The notes: generated by a model from the sequence alone, not told the origin. Counted from the first letter of the stretch, positions 25,001-37,978 are shown. The stretch: 64,000 bases of DNA from Zancudomyces culisetae HAW-14-8 (GCA_052426225.1 JBNJNM010000011.1:1798001-1862000), one strand, 5' to 3'. A program made the numbers and translations.

Positions 25001-25949
25001 AAATTCCGCATCTATACCATCACCGCTTATCAACCAAGATGACGATTGTAACATGGCTGTGGATCAGGTATATCACGCCAAAACACAATCAGTTTCCAAC
25101 GCTGCAACTCCTCTGAATAACACCTATGCTTCAAGCACTCTGACCAAGTTCAAGAGATCCGAGAGAGAGGATATTATTAACGAGTATCAGAGTTTATGGC
25201 GTAAATTGGAAGAGTTACAATTGCAGCGATCTCGGGTTTTAATGCCTCTAAATAGCCAATGGAATTCAGCAAATAATCAGTTCAAAAAGGAGCTTCGTTC
25301 CTTGTGTCTCTCAACAAGGCATACCTTTGGTAGCAGTGGTAGTGATTCTTCTGGTCCAAGTCCGTCTGATTCATCTTTGTATTTTGACAAATTAGCCTCG
25401 TATTTGGTTCCCTATATAGCTAACAACACCAGAGATTCTGCCTTTTTGTTTTCAGAACTGAAGGCATATCTTTTGTCTTCCTGTACCTTTTTGAGCCTAG
25501 AACAATTGTATTATCGAAAAAAAACCACACCTGACCAACTCTCTGCTGCTGCTTCCCTTCAGCTGGACCCCCTCTCCGGTGCTTCGTCTACTTATGCTGA
25601 CTGTCAGCTTTATATTGTTGGTGATTCTAGGGACACTCTGTATTTATGTGGCTACAAACCATTGGGCCAACACGTGCCAGCCTCCCACCATAACCAGGAC
25701 CCACTGGGGTTCAACTTGCCAGCGTCTGGAGCCACTGTTCAGCAGCCTACTGTTCATGGTTCGTATGAAGGATTATCTTCAACACCACACGTCAATCTAC
25801 CTACTGTTTTTCGCCCGCTTTTGCCATCAGAGAATTTGATTTGGACTCTTTCCAACAAGATTTTGGAAATCTCAAACAAATATTGGTCTGATTCTGTTAG
25901 GAAAGATACCAGAAGACTACTTTATCTTCATGAACAACTGGCTTTATAA
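22029..25949 (+). CDS. ELL-like RNA polymerase II elongation factor with long low-complexity regions
   Basis: TLVHILALGP...YRLKPENYATVDIWKWPKYTYRERE matches the ELL winged-helix (HLLAL...Y.LK..Y..V..DWP.Y). N-terminal SVKLP resembles the ELL N-domain; C-terminal coiled segment EYQSLWRKLEELQ. Confidence 0.65.
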   Translation: MQEDIVPLMSVKLPASMIKLFEKCKGELQMELQNSDRGITGFFKVQEDKLNFRMKPEKTLNKIVFSGPSLEEAVEGRTYVESSKTKQIWRRRGEIQGAMLVSKTVGDRAESLLKKRTQIRKTKVVKEPRGAKSKRKSVKYPEEDPHTSDWEREEARRLEKALEESILEEENNQSSLTGGGSDSDEFEEVSIDPNELESLINEYSENSQSPQSVSEKKEEIEEELVVEKCGNPLLIQDSLLKSQSVKNRQKLEKASRENSSTDESSKDKEKTLVHILALGPATLESIKSASKYDEYTINSILPRISNPVGERYRLKPENYATVDIWKWPKYTYREREKAAEQASRAMDLLGVPQHAKEREFINPPNVETGGGKAGSLQRQASSGTDTEYIGSVVSVVSKEPRMAEKEPVGRTESKQVTPMVVKSLSLGNTTQAQKRYSTVGVGNISLARKIGIRVKADSVKKGVSGIRKKTTTRGTTEGLEKTNSNKGSKSSSISPVEGRAIQLHQRSDSQRISSEKTSESGFSEFKNISQKAVKYETPSFSTNTIDDSSSKSSSEKTDLGHVAHNKPAYSHKLSEQTQKGSDPMTAHYEGRERQTLVDTRDIGSRSPEKRKASPSAQERSDKKAKISTVGVLDMSKKWSDLGRSSNEKHESSDQGEVHTRNRERREEEDDHNFEEEFIIIGEEEEGKEEGKNQEKSEEKSEDKGKDKGEEKGEEEEGSKQKDEEEERSEEKDEEKGEEGEEKGEEEVKKPYVRQNQEKTLESEVDVPAPHDLHVSTPIKTGISDDIEAENKPNKYATPGYEYEEGEATDDGEYYETDTQQKKSEEYNVNNNSNNSNRNNGNSNNASNAYYRSDSYYKNTGSTHSSNDSKSLNTFTSYKFPSSADSGRAREGSYYRNYKAQGGTVQPSAYRNREYSHGHSVSSYGSARNERKHTYHTGSNSLHSVSRGYGGNYQSPTNVGSSRQLKFNNSPEPVLNTPKTSTDTLSYQLLLKNSASIPSPLINQDDDCNMAVDQVYHAKTQSVSNAATPLNNTYASSTLTKFKRSEREDIINEYQSLWRKLEELQLQRSRVLMPLNSQWNSANNQFKKELRSLCLSTRHTFGSSGSDSSGPSPSDSSLYFDKLASYLVPYIANNTRDSAFLFSELKAYLLSSCTFLSLEQLYYRKKTTPDQLSAAASLQLDPLSGASSTYADCQLYIVGDSRDTLYLCGYKPLGQHVPASHHNQDPLGFNLPASGATVQQPTVHGSYEGLSSTPHVNLPTVFRPLLPSENLIWTLSNKILEISNKYWSDSVRKDTRRLLYLHEQLAL
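24084..24268 (+). repeat. Degenerate ~12-bp purine-rich coding minisatellite (EEKG/EEKS/EDKG)
   Basis: Repeated gaagaaaagggt / gaagaaaagagt / gataagggt units. Confidence 0.8.
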
Positions 25950-28035
25950 CCTTGCTTGTGACACTATATTTATTGCCTACTTCTATCTAGCGCTTATTTC
26001 TTCTGTTCATCTTACGTCTACTAGCGCCATTATTTTGGATCCTTTCAAAACATTTCTTTTTTTTTTAAACCGTAGTTCTTAGTGTTGGTTATATGCAATA
26101 ATTTAAAAGCCACAAACGGGAAATAAATTATCGTGGTTAGATATTTCGATCATCCCATTAGAGATGAAAAGAATAGAAAACGCAAAATTTGGCTCGTTCA
26201 AAATCAAAGTCAGAGTCAAAATCAGGTATATTTATGATGCGTGATTAACGCTATCCTCTTTTCAATGATTATAAAGGCTTAATTTTCCGCCTTTATATTG
26301 TTAAAAAAGAATAGCTGTTTTTGTAAATTGGCAGATATACCTAAAAGCCAAGTATATAACCACCTTTTTTTGGCAGCTGAATTAATCCTTGCCAAGCACT
26401 CAAACTTAAATTAAATTTTATAACATCACAGTTCAAGCAGCAATAAAAGCATTTTTGGTTAAATGCAGCTGATATTTATCAGCTGCAGATTGTATCTGTT
26501 ATTTTGAGGTCTACCTTTTAATTCTCAACGCATACTTGTGATGATCATATTGTGCTTTAGCTCACCATCACACTAGCAAATATTTTTAGTACCAAGTGTA
26601 TATGTACATCAAATGACTCGGGTATGTGTTTGACCAATCGAACTAGTATTAACAATTTTTTAATATATAATATATTTTATTTATTCTAGAAAATAAACAG
26701 GTATATCTAATTATGCTTGGCGCTTTTTTTTTTGTTACAGCACAAACCCTTTGTTTATTTACTGGTATGTATTAGCTGTGTTTATTATTTTTGTTTCATA
26801 ACTGGTGTGAGCACTGGAATAAACAAAAGTTCCCAGAATGACAGAAAACTAATCTTCCGTGGATTTCGATTGGACAATTTATGCTTTTTGTTACTTTGTG
26901 TAAATCACTCGTGTTTTGTTTTTTTATACTATATTTCTCGACTTGTGTATACAATGCTATCACTGGCTGCTGTTTGTTCAACTACCAGAATGTACCTTTA
27001 TACATTGAAATGCAAAGTGTTGTATTCTTTGTGCTGTGATTGATGAATGAAGCTGGTTTTACTGATGCCAATAAATGTGATATGGATGCTTGTTAATGGT
27101 TGTCTTGTGATAATTCGAGAAAACAATGCATCGGTGATTAGAATGACATCTCCAACTATTGTAAACACAGAACACTAACCCAATACTCTCTGCTTTTGAA
27201 TTCATTGTTTTTTCTTTATTCTTTTTAACTTTATTTTCAGCTACAAACATTAAACACAGTTACCCTCCTCCCCCAACAGAAAAATACTAGAATAGTTTGT
27301 TGTAGCTTTAGCCTAGGCTAAGCTAAAACTTTTAAATAAAGTTACGAGGCCAATTAACTCTTTTTTTATAAAGCTATATAACCTGCCCTTTTTATTAGCT
27401 CACGTAGAAAATCCCAAAAAAAAATTTACGTTATCAAATTAACCCAATTATTAGGCTAATACCAATTATTACGTTAAATTTAAAAGTAAACTTGCCAGCA
27501 ATAATAGATTTTGCAATTCCGAGAAAATACAAAACATAAATACGGAACAGGTTGTAAATACCTGAATTATGTAATGAGAATTTTTTTTTGGGGTAATAAT
27601 CTCTATAGCTATTAATGAAACTAATATTGATTCTTCAATATCTCTCAAAAAAAGCAAAACTTCGTAACTAATTGAAAATATACCTTCAAAGGAGAATCTC
27701 TTTTTGATTTATACACAAACCCAGACACAGAGCCCCAGCGACAAGACTCGAGAATAGTACTATTTAAATTGCAGCAAATCCTTGGGATTGTCAGTAAGCA
27801 AATCAATTCCGACAAAAGGTGTCTCAAAACTACTTTTTTCAGAGAAAAAAGTATCCAAGCTAGCAAAAGCAAAGGACATCACAACAAATACCCCGATTTT
27901 AGCACAACTAGAAGCCTCCAAACGCGACTACACCACGAAATATATATATTCAGGACGACTTAACCACGAGCATAAAGTTTTTAGTGCAATTATTATCAAC
28001 TATCTATAAAAAGCGATAATTGGCATTTAAAAAAC

Positions 28036-28935
28036 ATGTCTACAAGTAATATTGGATTGGAAATAGGCGCCAATAAGCCTACGAATAGGCAGTACTTTTA
28101 TTCATACGCAGTGGACTGGATAGTAGTCATAGTCATGATTATAATCAACGTTATAATCTATTATCTGAAGCCACACCACAGAAATTTCTCAATTAACGAC
28201 GCGACGATTAAATTTCCAATGAAAGATGATACTGTACCATTCTGGGCTGCAGGCGTTATATCGGTCGCTCTTCCAGCACTTGTAGTAATAGGTTTTTCCC
28301 TTTTTAAAAGACGCAGCTTTTTCAGGATGCAAGTTGGGCTGTTGGCTTTAGCAATGAGCCACTTAACCACGCTTGTGATAACAGATTCTCTTAAGGCTTT
28401 GGTTGGAAGAAACCGTCCAGACTTTCTCAGCCGATGTAAGGTGGATATGACAAAAGTGCTTACAATTGCTGGGGGTACTGGTAGCTCTGTATCAGCCATA
28501 CCAGTCGATCCACCATTGGGATTGTATTCGTCAAGCATTTGTACAAATACGGATGCCGCTGTTCTTAAAGACGGAATGATGTCGTTTCCATCTGGTCATT
28601 CCTCGACTACATTCTGCGGGATGTTGTTCCTTTCACTGTTTTTGTGTGCTCAATTGTCTGTGTACAATGGAAAAACCAGGACAGCTTACCTGTTTTTGGT
28701 GTTTACTCCTATCGTAATAGCAGTATTGGTCGCGGCGTCAAGGAGTTATGATAACAGACATCATTGGCAAGATATCCTTGGTGGCTCGATTATCGGGGTG
28801 ATCTGTGCATGGTATTGTTATCGGTTTTACTTCCCAAGCGTAGCTTCAGCAGAGTGTAGAAATCCATACAATCGAAGATTTGATGATGGTTATACCAATG
28901 TTGAAGAGCGATCACCAAAACCCAGTATTGTTTAA
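28036..28935 (+). CDS. PAP2-family lipid phosphate phosphatase (Dpp1/Lpp1-like)
   Basis: C1 KALVGRNRPDF, C2 SFPSGHSS and C3 SRSYDNRHHWQD motifs; about 6 TM segments. Confidence 0.95.
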   Translation: MSTSNIGLEIGANKPTNRQYFYSYAVDWIVVIVMIIINVIIYYLKPHHRNFSINDATIKFPMKDDTVPFWAAGVISVALPALVVIGFSLFKRRSFFRMQVGLLALAMSHLTTLVITDSLKALVGRNRPDFLSRCKVDMTKVLTIAGGTGSSVSAIPVDPPLGLYSSSICTNTDAAVLKDGMMSFPSGHSSTTFCGMLFLSLFLCAQLSVYNGKTRTAYLFLVFTPIVIAVLVAASRSYDNRHHWQDILGGSIIGVICAWYCYRFYFPSVASAECRNPYNRRFDDGYTNVEERSPKPSIV

Positions 28936-29825
28936 TTGTACTTTTTTATTATCAATTAAATTTAGACTTCATCTCGATTATTTTAGTATCATTCTCATTT
29001 TAATAAATAAATCAATAGTTATTTAGCTCGTGTTATGACCGACTTTTGTAATAAATATACACTTATTCGACTAGAAAGCAATACAATGGGCAGAGTTGCA
29101 ATTTGTTTTGGGTGATAGGTGAAACTGCAATGAGTATATGCGATGCAAAGGTTCGATGTCTGTTTAAATCAGCTATTAGCTTAAAAGCAGAGAAAGGGCT
29201 GTAAATTGTGCTTATTACTTTCAAGGAAGGTGCTTTAATCAATGTCTGTATTTTGTACAATTTCCTATTGGTAGATGAGTTTAGATATATATAAAACCTA
29301 GATGCACCTTGTGAGAGTGAATATGCAGCTTTAGACTTGTTTGTTTTTTTTTTAAATTTGGAATGTCAGAATATTACCGAGAAAAATATAGTATAAACAG
29401 TTTTAGCAAATGAAAGAAAGCTTGGTCTGATTTGTATTTCTAAACACAACAAAGAATAAACAAACGACCAAATAAAAACAAGCAAAATAGAGCCTAGCAG
29501 TGCAAGTGGTAAAAGTTGGTGAAAAGGTATATACATCAAACAGATTCATTTGATCAGAAAGAAATAACGAGAACAAGGGGGTATTGTCAGCCTTATCACA
29601 AATAAAAACAATTACTGAATATTTCAATATCCGTATAATACCAATATTTGGAATAATACGCATTTGAATAAAACAAAGTATACACGTATTGATATATTCT
29701 TTCCCCTACCTAATATTCCACCTTGAATACAATACAGAATTCATAAGAGCAAGTAAAACGAAAACAATTTGGTGTTAGAACACGTTTCGAAAACAACAAC
29801 AAAAACGGAGGATTTTTTTTAGAAA

Positions 29826-29860
29826 AAAACAAAAAACAAAAAACAAAAAACAAAAAACAA
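29826..29860 (+). repeat. (AAAAAAC)n heptamer microsatellite upstream of PDS5 ATG
   Basis: About 5 tandem aaaaaac units are directly visible. Confidence 0.85.
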
Positions 29861-29888
29861 GAGGAATAAGATTAAAGGTAGTATAAAC

Positions 29889-32800
29889 ATGGAGGTCGAT
29901 GAATCCCCGAAACAAACAAGTCTGACCTTCAAGCCCAAGTTTTTTATTGGGGGAAACAGCAAAAAGCTGGTTTCAACATCAGAGTTGTTTAATGAGCTGA
30001 AGGTAAGCAAAGCCAAATAGCTGACAATATTAACAATAGATTAGTTCGTTTATCCCAATCTAACAACAGGTACAGAACGTAATTTAACAAGTGTTTGTAT
30101 CAGCAGTGCTAATAAATAAATTTATAAAACAAAATAAATAGAAAATGTCAAAGGAGCTGAGTACATTGGATCAAGAAGCGGTGGACACAAGGACATTGGA
30201 AAAGCCAGCAAAGGAGCTGGTTAGCAAAGGGATCATGGAGCACCAAAACCAGGCCGTTCAGGCATACTGTGCGTGTTGTCTAGCGGACATCTTGCGTTTA
30301 TTTGCGCCTGATGCACCATACACCGGACAAGAGTTGGAAAGAGTATTCAAATTGTTTGTGAAACAGTTAAAAACTTTGAAAAAAAAGGATAATAGCTTAT
30401 ATGTCTTGGGAGAGTATCTGCTCGAAAGTCTATCGACCATTAAGACAGTTGCCTTAACCGCTGAAATGGACACTAGCGAGAATATGATGATTTTATTTTT
30501 TCAGGCATTTTTTGAAATTATAAAGTAAGAAGATAAGGCCATTGTACATGATCATAGTATATAGTACTGATATATAAATCGTAGCTATGGTGGGGGTATA
30601 TGATGTGTGTGGGGGAGAGAAATGATACTATAGAAGAACAACATAATTAAGAAATATTTATTTTTTGGATTAAAAATAGACCCGATCAGCCAAAGAAAAA
30701 CCAAATAATGATGGCCGAGATATTACAGCAATTAATTGAAGAGAATAGCAAAGTGCCCAAAGAAGTGATAGATGTCCTGCTGGTACAATTTTTGAAGAAG
30801 AGACAGGATGAAAACAGGGCAGCTCATCAGATGGCAGTTGATGTGTGTAACAGCACCATGACAATTATGCAAAAGTATGTTTGTCAATATTTCAGTGAAA
30901 TTATAGTTGAATCAAGCCGAGAGTTGAACAGAGAAGGAAGTGCGGGAGATGTGCAGCTTGAAAATCTTCAAAACGCACACTACCTGATACTTGAGCTGTT
31001 TAAAACAGCACCAGGGCTTCTTCAAAACGTAATTCCACAGATCGAAGAAGAACTGTTTGTTGACCATGTCGATGTGAGGACCATAGCAACTCAGGTGGTT
31101 GGCGAAATGTTTTCGCTAAGAGGATACGTTCTAACAAAGAGATACGAGGGTACGTGGGAAAGCTGGAAGCGAAGACGGAATGACAAGGCAGTAGCTGTAC
31201 GGATCAAATGGGTTGAGAAGGCAGTCGAGATGTTGGCAATGCAGACACAGCTTGTTAAGGAGCTGGAGGATGGAATCATCGAAAAACTTGAGGATGTGGA
31301 TGAAAAAGTGCGAAAAGCAGCATGCGAGGCGTTCAGTCGATTGGAACTAACCAAGAATGCACAGATAGGGATAAGTAAGAAGATGGTTCAGGCATTGAGT
31401 GAGCGGTGCAAGGACAGAAGGGTACTACCGAGAAGTGAGGCGTGTCAGGCGATCAGCCACATTTATGAGGGTGTATATTCAGAGATCGAAGCAGGCGATC
31501 CAGCTGTCATAGAAAAGTTTTCAGAGATACCAGCGGCACTGATGAAGTTGTATTTTGTTGACCAAAAAGACATTACATGTAACGTTGAGGCTGCATTGTA
31601 TACAAAAATATTTGGATTAAGCAGTGTTAAAGATGATGACAAGCGGGCCATGAGGTTGGTGAGGATATTGACATATTGTGACAAGAAGGCCATGATTGGA
31701 TTCAGTGGGCTTTTGAAAAGACAAGGTGATTTGGTTGCTGAGGTTCAGGTAATGCTCAAGTTTGCCGAAATGCTTCACAAGAAAACAACAAGGGCCAGGG
31801 AACACAAAGAATCTACAAGTGGTAGTGGAGGTGAAGAGGAGGAAGAAGATGGTGATAGTAACGATGTACTGGATGCCAAACTGGAAGAATCAATCAACAG
31901 AGTGTCAGCATACTTTCCGGAGCCGTTGAAGTTTGCTAGTGGATTATCAGTGCTATTGAAGCAAAAAGACAAGGACAGTGATAAGAATAAGGATAGTGAC
32001 ATGGCTTTGTTGGCGCACTGTGGGCGGCTGAGAAAAATGATGGATGTCAGCAGCGACTACAAATCCATCAGAAAGGAGCAAAAAGAGTTTATGAGGCGAG
32101 TGTGTGAGGATAGCCCGACGATTATCGACACAATGGCGATGCTTGTTCGAAGCATCAGCCTGGCTTGTATCAATAAGAGTATCATCATTCCTCTAGTAAA
32201 AATAGTTCAAAAGAAAACCAACTATTCAGTAATGTCCAGATCTCAAGGAGGTGGCAGTGGAGTATCCAGTGGATTGATAAGCAGAAATAACAGCAGCAGT
32301 AACATTATATCTTATACACAAGGGTCGGTATTAGGGACTGCAACTGCAACTGCAACTGCAACTATAGCTGGAACGACAGCTGTAACATCAGTTCCGAATG
32401 CTGCACAAAATCTGTTATTGTTGGTTATGAAAATCCAACCTCGGATGTTTGTAGCGCATACTGAATCACTCTTGACGCTGTTTGAGGATCCAGATATAAT
32501 TAGCGACCAAGAGGCAGAGGATAATTTGTACATGATCTCATTGTTTAGTCGTACTTATCCATCACAACTGGGATACAGCGACAAATTCCACAGGACACTA
32601 TCTGAGTATGTAAAGACAGGAACAATCAAGATGGCAAAGTATGCTGCAACAATATTGTCTACATCCAAAAAGTATGCCGACTATAATGGAGAAAACGGAT
32701 CCTTAGAACAACTCGTTGACGAGGTAATTGATTTACTACTTGGTTCTGCAGGGTATAGTGATGCGAAACAGTGTAAAGTGTTGCTAGCTTCACTCTCTCG

Positions 32801-34583
32801 ATTTGTAACGTACAAACAAGGGGTATTTGATACCAACAGGCTTGATGAACTCACATTTGAGTTGTTTGGGTTTTTGGAGGGAAGAGAAAGCTCTAGACTT
32901 CAAATGAATATAATAAAACAGGAAATGGAAGTAGATCGAAACGAAGAAGAATTGGAAGAAAGTATAAGAAGGAAAGAAAAGGCAGGAAAAACATCTGATG
33001 CAAATGGAGATAAAGACGGTTGGATCGATAGATATTCGCTGCCAGATGCTGAAATCTGCAAAATCCTGGCAATAAAAGTTTTAGTAAACCGGTGTTACTC
33101 ATACAACAACAAGATCAAGTCAACAGAATCAATACTTGACGAAGGTAGAAAGACACTGTTTATGTTACGAAAGTATACCCAACAGCAGGACCAACTTGGT
33201 ACACAAGACAATACAAGTGATGATAGTAGTAGTGTCTTTAAAGACCATTTGCGGCTAACTTCGGCAGCATGTATGCTCAAACTTTGTCGACAAAGCCGGT
33301 ACGATCAGATGGTAGTTCTGAGCGATATTTTGGACTTGGCCTTGATAGTCCAAGATCCCAACTACAATGTACGGTTCCAGTTTGTGACAAAGAAACTTGT
33401 TGAATCGCTATCGGCTCTCCGTATCAAACCCAAATTTGTTCCGTTGTTGTTTTTTGCAGCATATGAACCCGAGGCTGAGCTGCGAGATCTTATTGAGAGA
33501 TTTATACAGGTTACTATGATGGATATTAATAGTAAGTTGATAAAAGTAATGGCATCAGCACCAACGACTGAGGACACTGCCAATAGTAATATGTTTAATG
33601 GAATTATGGAGTATTCGTTGATTGGTTTGCTGATTTTATTGACATATCATCCGGACTGGGATGCTAATGGACAGCAACAACAACAACAACAGCAACAGGA
33701 GGGAGAGGAGGAAAATGGAGGTAATGACGAACCACAAGTTGATAATCTGACAATAATCAAGATTTTTAGCAAGTATATAGAGTTTTATATCAACAATGTT
33801 GTAAATGCAGAGAATATCTCGCTAGTATACTTTTACGCAATGATGATGAAGACGTACCGCGATAGATATTTGGGATACATCGAACCTGTGCCACAACTAC
33901 AACCACATGGGTTACCAGGTTTGACATCGGCATCAACATCAACAGCCATTAACATTACCAATAATAATAATAATAATAATAATAATACCAGAGTATCACG
34001 GCTCTGGAAACTATCAGAAATCTCGCTTTATCTTTTACTAGCCAAAAAATCGAGCACAGCGCATTTTGGTAGCCGACCAATTACCACATTTCCACCAGAA
34101 TTTGGAGTAGAGTTTGATAATAATATTAGAAATTCCAAGATGAATGCGGGACTGACTTTGGATACCTCCAACCCACAGCAACAGTTACAAACACAGGCTC
34201 ATTCATATTATTATTATAATATGTATTTGGAAAAACTCACAGTTGAACAACAAGCAGTTGTTGCTAATTATAGTTTTTTACCACTCAACTTCAAATCATC
34301 TACAAATACGAATCCGAATACAGAGAATTCTACATTGGGTTCTGGTAATCAAGGGGAACAACCCGGGACTGCCAATAAACATAAACGAACAATATCCTCA
34401 GGTTCGCCATCAACCAAACAGAAAAAGGGCAAGAAAACAGTAAAGACAAGAAGGACAGAAGTAGATTCGGATTCGGAGCTAACCGTTGGAACAAGAGAAC
34501 GGCTGCCTAGGGCTGCCAAAAACATTAATGTATCGTTAAGAGATGAATCTTCAATGCCATTAACACCACCATCTTCAGAATAA
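29889..34583 (+). CDS. PDS5: Sister chromatid cohesion protein Pds5; exons 29889-30002, 30142-30524, 30680-34583
   Basis: AYCACCLADILRLFAPDAPYT, PGLLQNVIPQIEEEL, HEAT repeats, LRLTSAACMLKL, IVQDPNYNVRFQF. Two in-frame GT-AG introns. Confidence 0.95.
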
Positions 34584-34712
34584 GTTGATTTAGTAAAGTC
34601 ATCATCATTATTGTTATTGTTATTATTATTATTAGTATTTTTTGTATGTTTTTTTTTTAAAAATTAAAAGATAAAATAAAATAAAGGATAAACAAATAAG
34701 CATGAAAAAAAC

Positions 34713-37700
34713 CTAAACAATGTCAAGAATCTTCTTCAGTTTGATTACCAAAGCCCAGTCATCATTGGCCATTTCAGACCTAAACGACGTCTTCAGCACA
34801 TCAATACTAGCACGAGTAATACGAGAAAAGATTTCACTCTTGTCATCAAAGTGACGACCATACAGCTTTGGAGTTTCATATACGGGACACTCAATCTTGA
34901 TAGCAACACCAGCACCAGCCTCGCCACGATTTACACGGTTAACGGTCTTGTGATTAATCTCCATAGATGTGACTTTACCTAGATTGATAACTTCACGCTG
35001 CTTAGTTTCGGCATTGACGCTGACAACACAGACAGGTGTACCAATACGCAGCTGGCCCTCCAATACATCGACACCAATAACGATGGGGTCACGCTTGTTG
35101 AAAGCAGCGCCAGGAATCATCTTGAGCACGCAAGGGAAAACAGCCTGAGGAGCCGCGTCTATGCGTTTCTGATCTTCCAACTGCTTTCTGTAGGCGGTGT
35201 ATTCGTCAAACAAATGGTAGATGATTTCGGCGGTAAAGACCTTGAGGCCCAATTCATCGGCATATTCCATCACTTCTTTTTCAATCTTGACATCAAAACA
35301 CAACATTACAGCATACTCTTTGTTTTTCTGACTGATGGACGCAGCCCTAAACACGTCCTTTTTGTGCACTGGTCCAATGTTGATTCCTGAAACTGGAATC
35401 TTTGACGTCCTCAAAAACTCCAGCAACGCCTCGAGCGATCCCAAAGTCGACGCCTGCACCCACACTCCCTTGCCAGCCTTGTCAATATTCGTCTGCAGAT
35501 TCGTCAGATCAGACATGATTTCGTCTGCCAGCTCATCCTCGTCATCCTCAGGTCCAACCACCATTAACCGTGACCCAGCAATAACCTTTTCCAAGCCTGG
35601 TGCTGTTATTTTGACTCCCATAGCTGCCTTAATACTCTTGTGGTGAACATACGCCGACTTGACTCGCAACTCTCTCAGCGGCTGAGGCGTCAGCAGCGCA
35701 CGGATATTGGTTGCTATTGGCCCATCCGTACCACACACCACAATCCGGTCGCCTTCGTTGATGACTCCGTTCGACAAAATCACATCGATTGTTGTTCCCA
35801 AACCTTCAATTACCTTGACTTCCAGAATTGTTGCCTCAAGCTCCGACAAGTACATCAGCTGGTTCGACATTCTTGACTGAGTCAAACTTACCAACAACGC
35901 CAAAAGATCTGGAATACCTTCGCCTGTAATTGCACTGGTTGGCACCAGCGACACATACTTGGCAAAGTTTTTGTTTTCGTAATACAGCTTGGAATTCAGC
36001 CCTTGTTCAGCAAACGCCAACATTGTTCGCTCGACACGGGAGTTGAACTCGTTGATTACTGATGGCTTCTGCTTCTTCAGCGAGTCGCGGAATCCGTTGT
36101 CTGTGGTTGGTTTCCAGTCATAGATTCGATCAATCTTGTTTAGTGCCACCACAAATGGCGTCTTGCGGTCTCTAAGCAGTCGCAACGACTCAAGTGTCTG
36201 CTGCTCCAATCCGTGCATAATATCCACCACCAAAATTGCTATATTACACAGCGAGGATCCGCGCGACCGGAGATTTGTGAACGACTCGTGCCCCGGTGTG
36301 TCAATAATCAACAGTCCTGGAACCTTGAACTCAAGCTTCCCGGTCTTGTTTACTACTGTTGTCTTCTTGACAATTGCGTCTCTTGGGAAATATGTAGCTC
36401 CAATCTGCTGTGTAATACCTCCTGCCTCTCCCCCCTGCACGTCTGTTTGTCTTATTCGATCCAGCAACTTTGTCTTGCCCGTATCTACGTGTCCCAAAAT
36501 ACAGCAAATTGGTGAGCGCAGATTGTCTTCAGATCGTGCTTTCATTGCCTCTCTAGTTCGCTCCTCTCGCTTCTGTCTTGCTGCCTGGATTCTCTGTTCC
36601 ATTTCCTCATCATCCTCCCCGTCCTCCTCCTCCCCTTCTTCTTCTTCTTCTTCCTTCTTGGCTTTTTCCTCCTTCTTCTCTTCATCTTCCTCCTCTTCTT
36701 CTGCACTTGATTCCAATAGCGCCTCCCAATCATCCTCTTCCTCTTCCTTCTCTTCCTTCTTTTCCTCCTGTTTAGCCTTTTGCTTCTTTAATTCTTCCTC
36801 CTCCTTGGCCTTCTCTTCTTTGCTCTTCTGATCCTTTTTATTGCGCCTATTATCCCCATATACTACTCGCTTGGGCTTGGCCTTTTCTCCTGTCTCTCCC
36901 TCATTATCATTTTGCAGACCTGCTATCTGTGCTCCAGACTCCTTCAAGTGTCTCAAAAACTCCTCTTGTTTTCTCTTTGCCTCCTTTTCCTTCTTTGTCA
37001 AAAGCTTCCCTTCCTTACGCAGTTGATCCTTCTTGGCCTTTTCTTTTTCTTTTTTCAATCTTCTTGCTTCTTCCTTTTGTCTCTCTTCCTCCTCTATCCT
37101 TTTTCGTTCCTCCTCTTCTAACCTCTTTTCCTCCTCAATTCTTTGTCTTTCCTCCTCCTCTGCTAGTCGCTGTGCTTCAAGCAGCTTTTGCAATGCCGCA
37201 ATATTTGGCCCACCTTTACGTTTAGAACTAGCAGCTGGTTCAGCTGCCCCCTTCTTTTTACCTCCTCCTTCCTGTCCCGCCGCTGGCTTGTCGCTCTTAC
37301 TTTCCTGCACGTCAGCTCCTCCCTTTTTCTTATTCTTTTCCTGTGCAGCTCTCTCCTTCTCTTTCTTTTCCTGTTTTAATCTTTCTTTTCGCTCCTTTTC
37401 CTTTTGTTTTGATGATTTGATTACTGGTTCTTCTTCAGGAATACTCACTGCTGCCTTCTTGTTTTCCTTATCCTTGTTCTTGCCTTTCTTGCCTTCTGGA
37501 ATACTGGCTTCAAAATCCATATCATCCATACTTGGCAATTGTTGTGCCTTCTTATTCTTCTTGTTTTTTTTACTTGCCATCTTTGACACACCATAATCAT
37601 CCTCGAAATCATCTACCGGAGCCTGCACTACGTCTGGCTCATCAGCCTGATCTCTTATTTGTTTCTTATCCTCCTTTTCTGCTCCCTTCTTGCCCTTTTC

Positions 37701-37978
37701 TTTTTTAGTTGCCTTCTTTTTTTGTGCCCTAGATATCATTGCCATCAATCCACCCCCATCGGACTCTCCTCCTGATCCCATATCCTCCTTTTGCACATTG
37801 GGCTCCTCTGCTATTAGGATTTCGCTATCAGCCCTATATTTTACAATACCTCTTTTTTGTTAGCTAGCCCATCTTTGTCATTATCAATCCATCATTATCC
37901 TTTCTCAGTAGCTTTTACTTTTACTTTTACTTACCAAACATCATCATCGAGCTGCTTCTTTCCCTTCTTTTTAACCAT
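34713..37978 (-). CDS. FUN12: Translation initiation factor eIF5B; exons 37978-37935, 37833-34713
   Basis: [46 protein letters not shown], and a K/E-rich N-terminus. The first exon [15 protein letters not shown] is joined via a GTAAGT...ATAG intron. Confidence 0.97.

Noticed and set aside
36136-37596. Long Ser/Phe/Leu-rich plus-strand ORFs
   Set aside because: Antisense of the K/E-rich eIF5B coding region.
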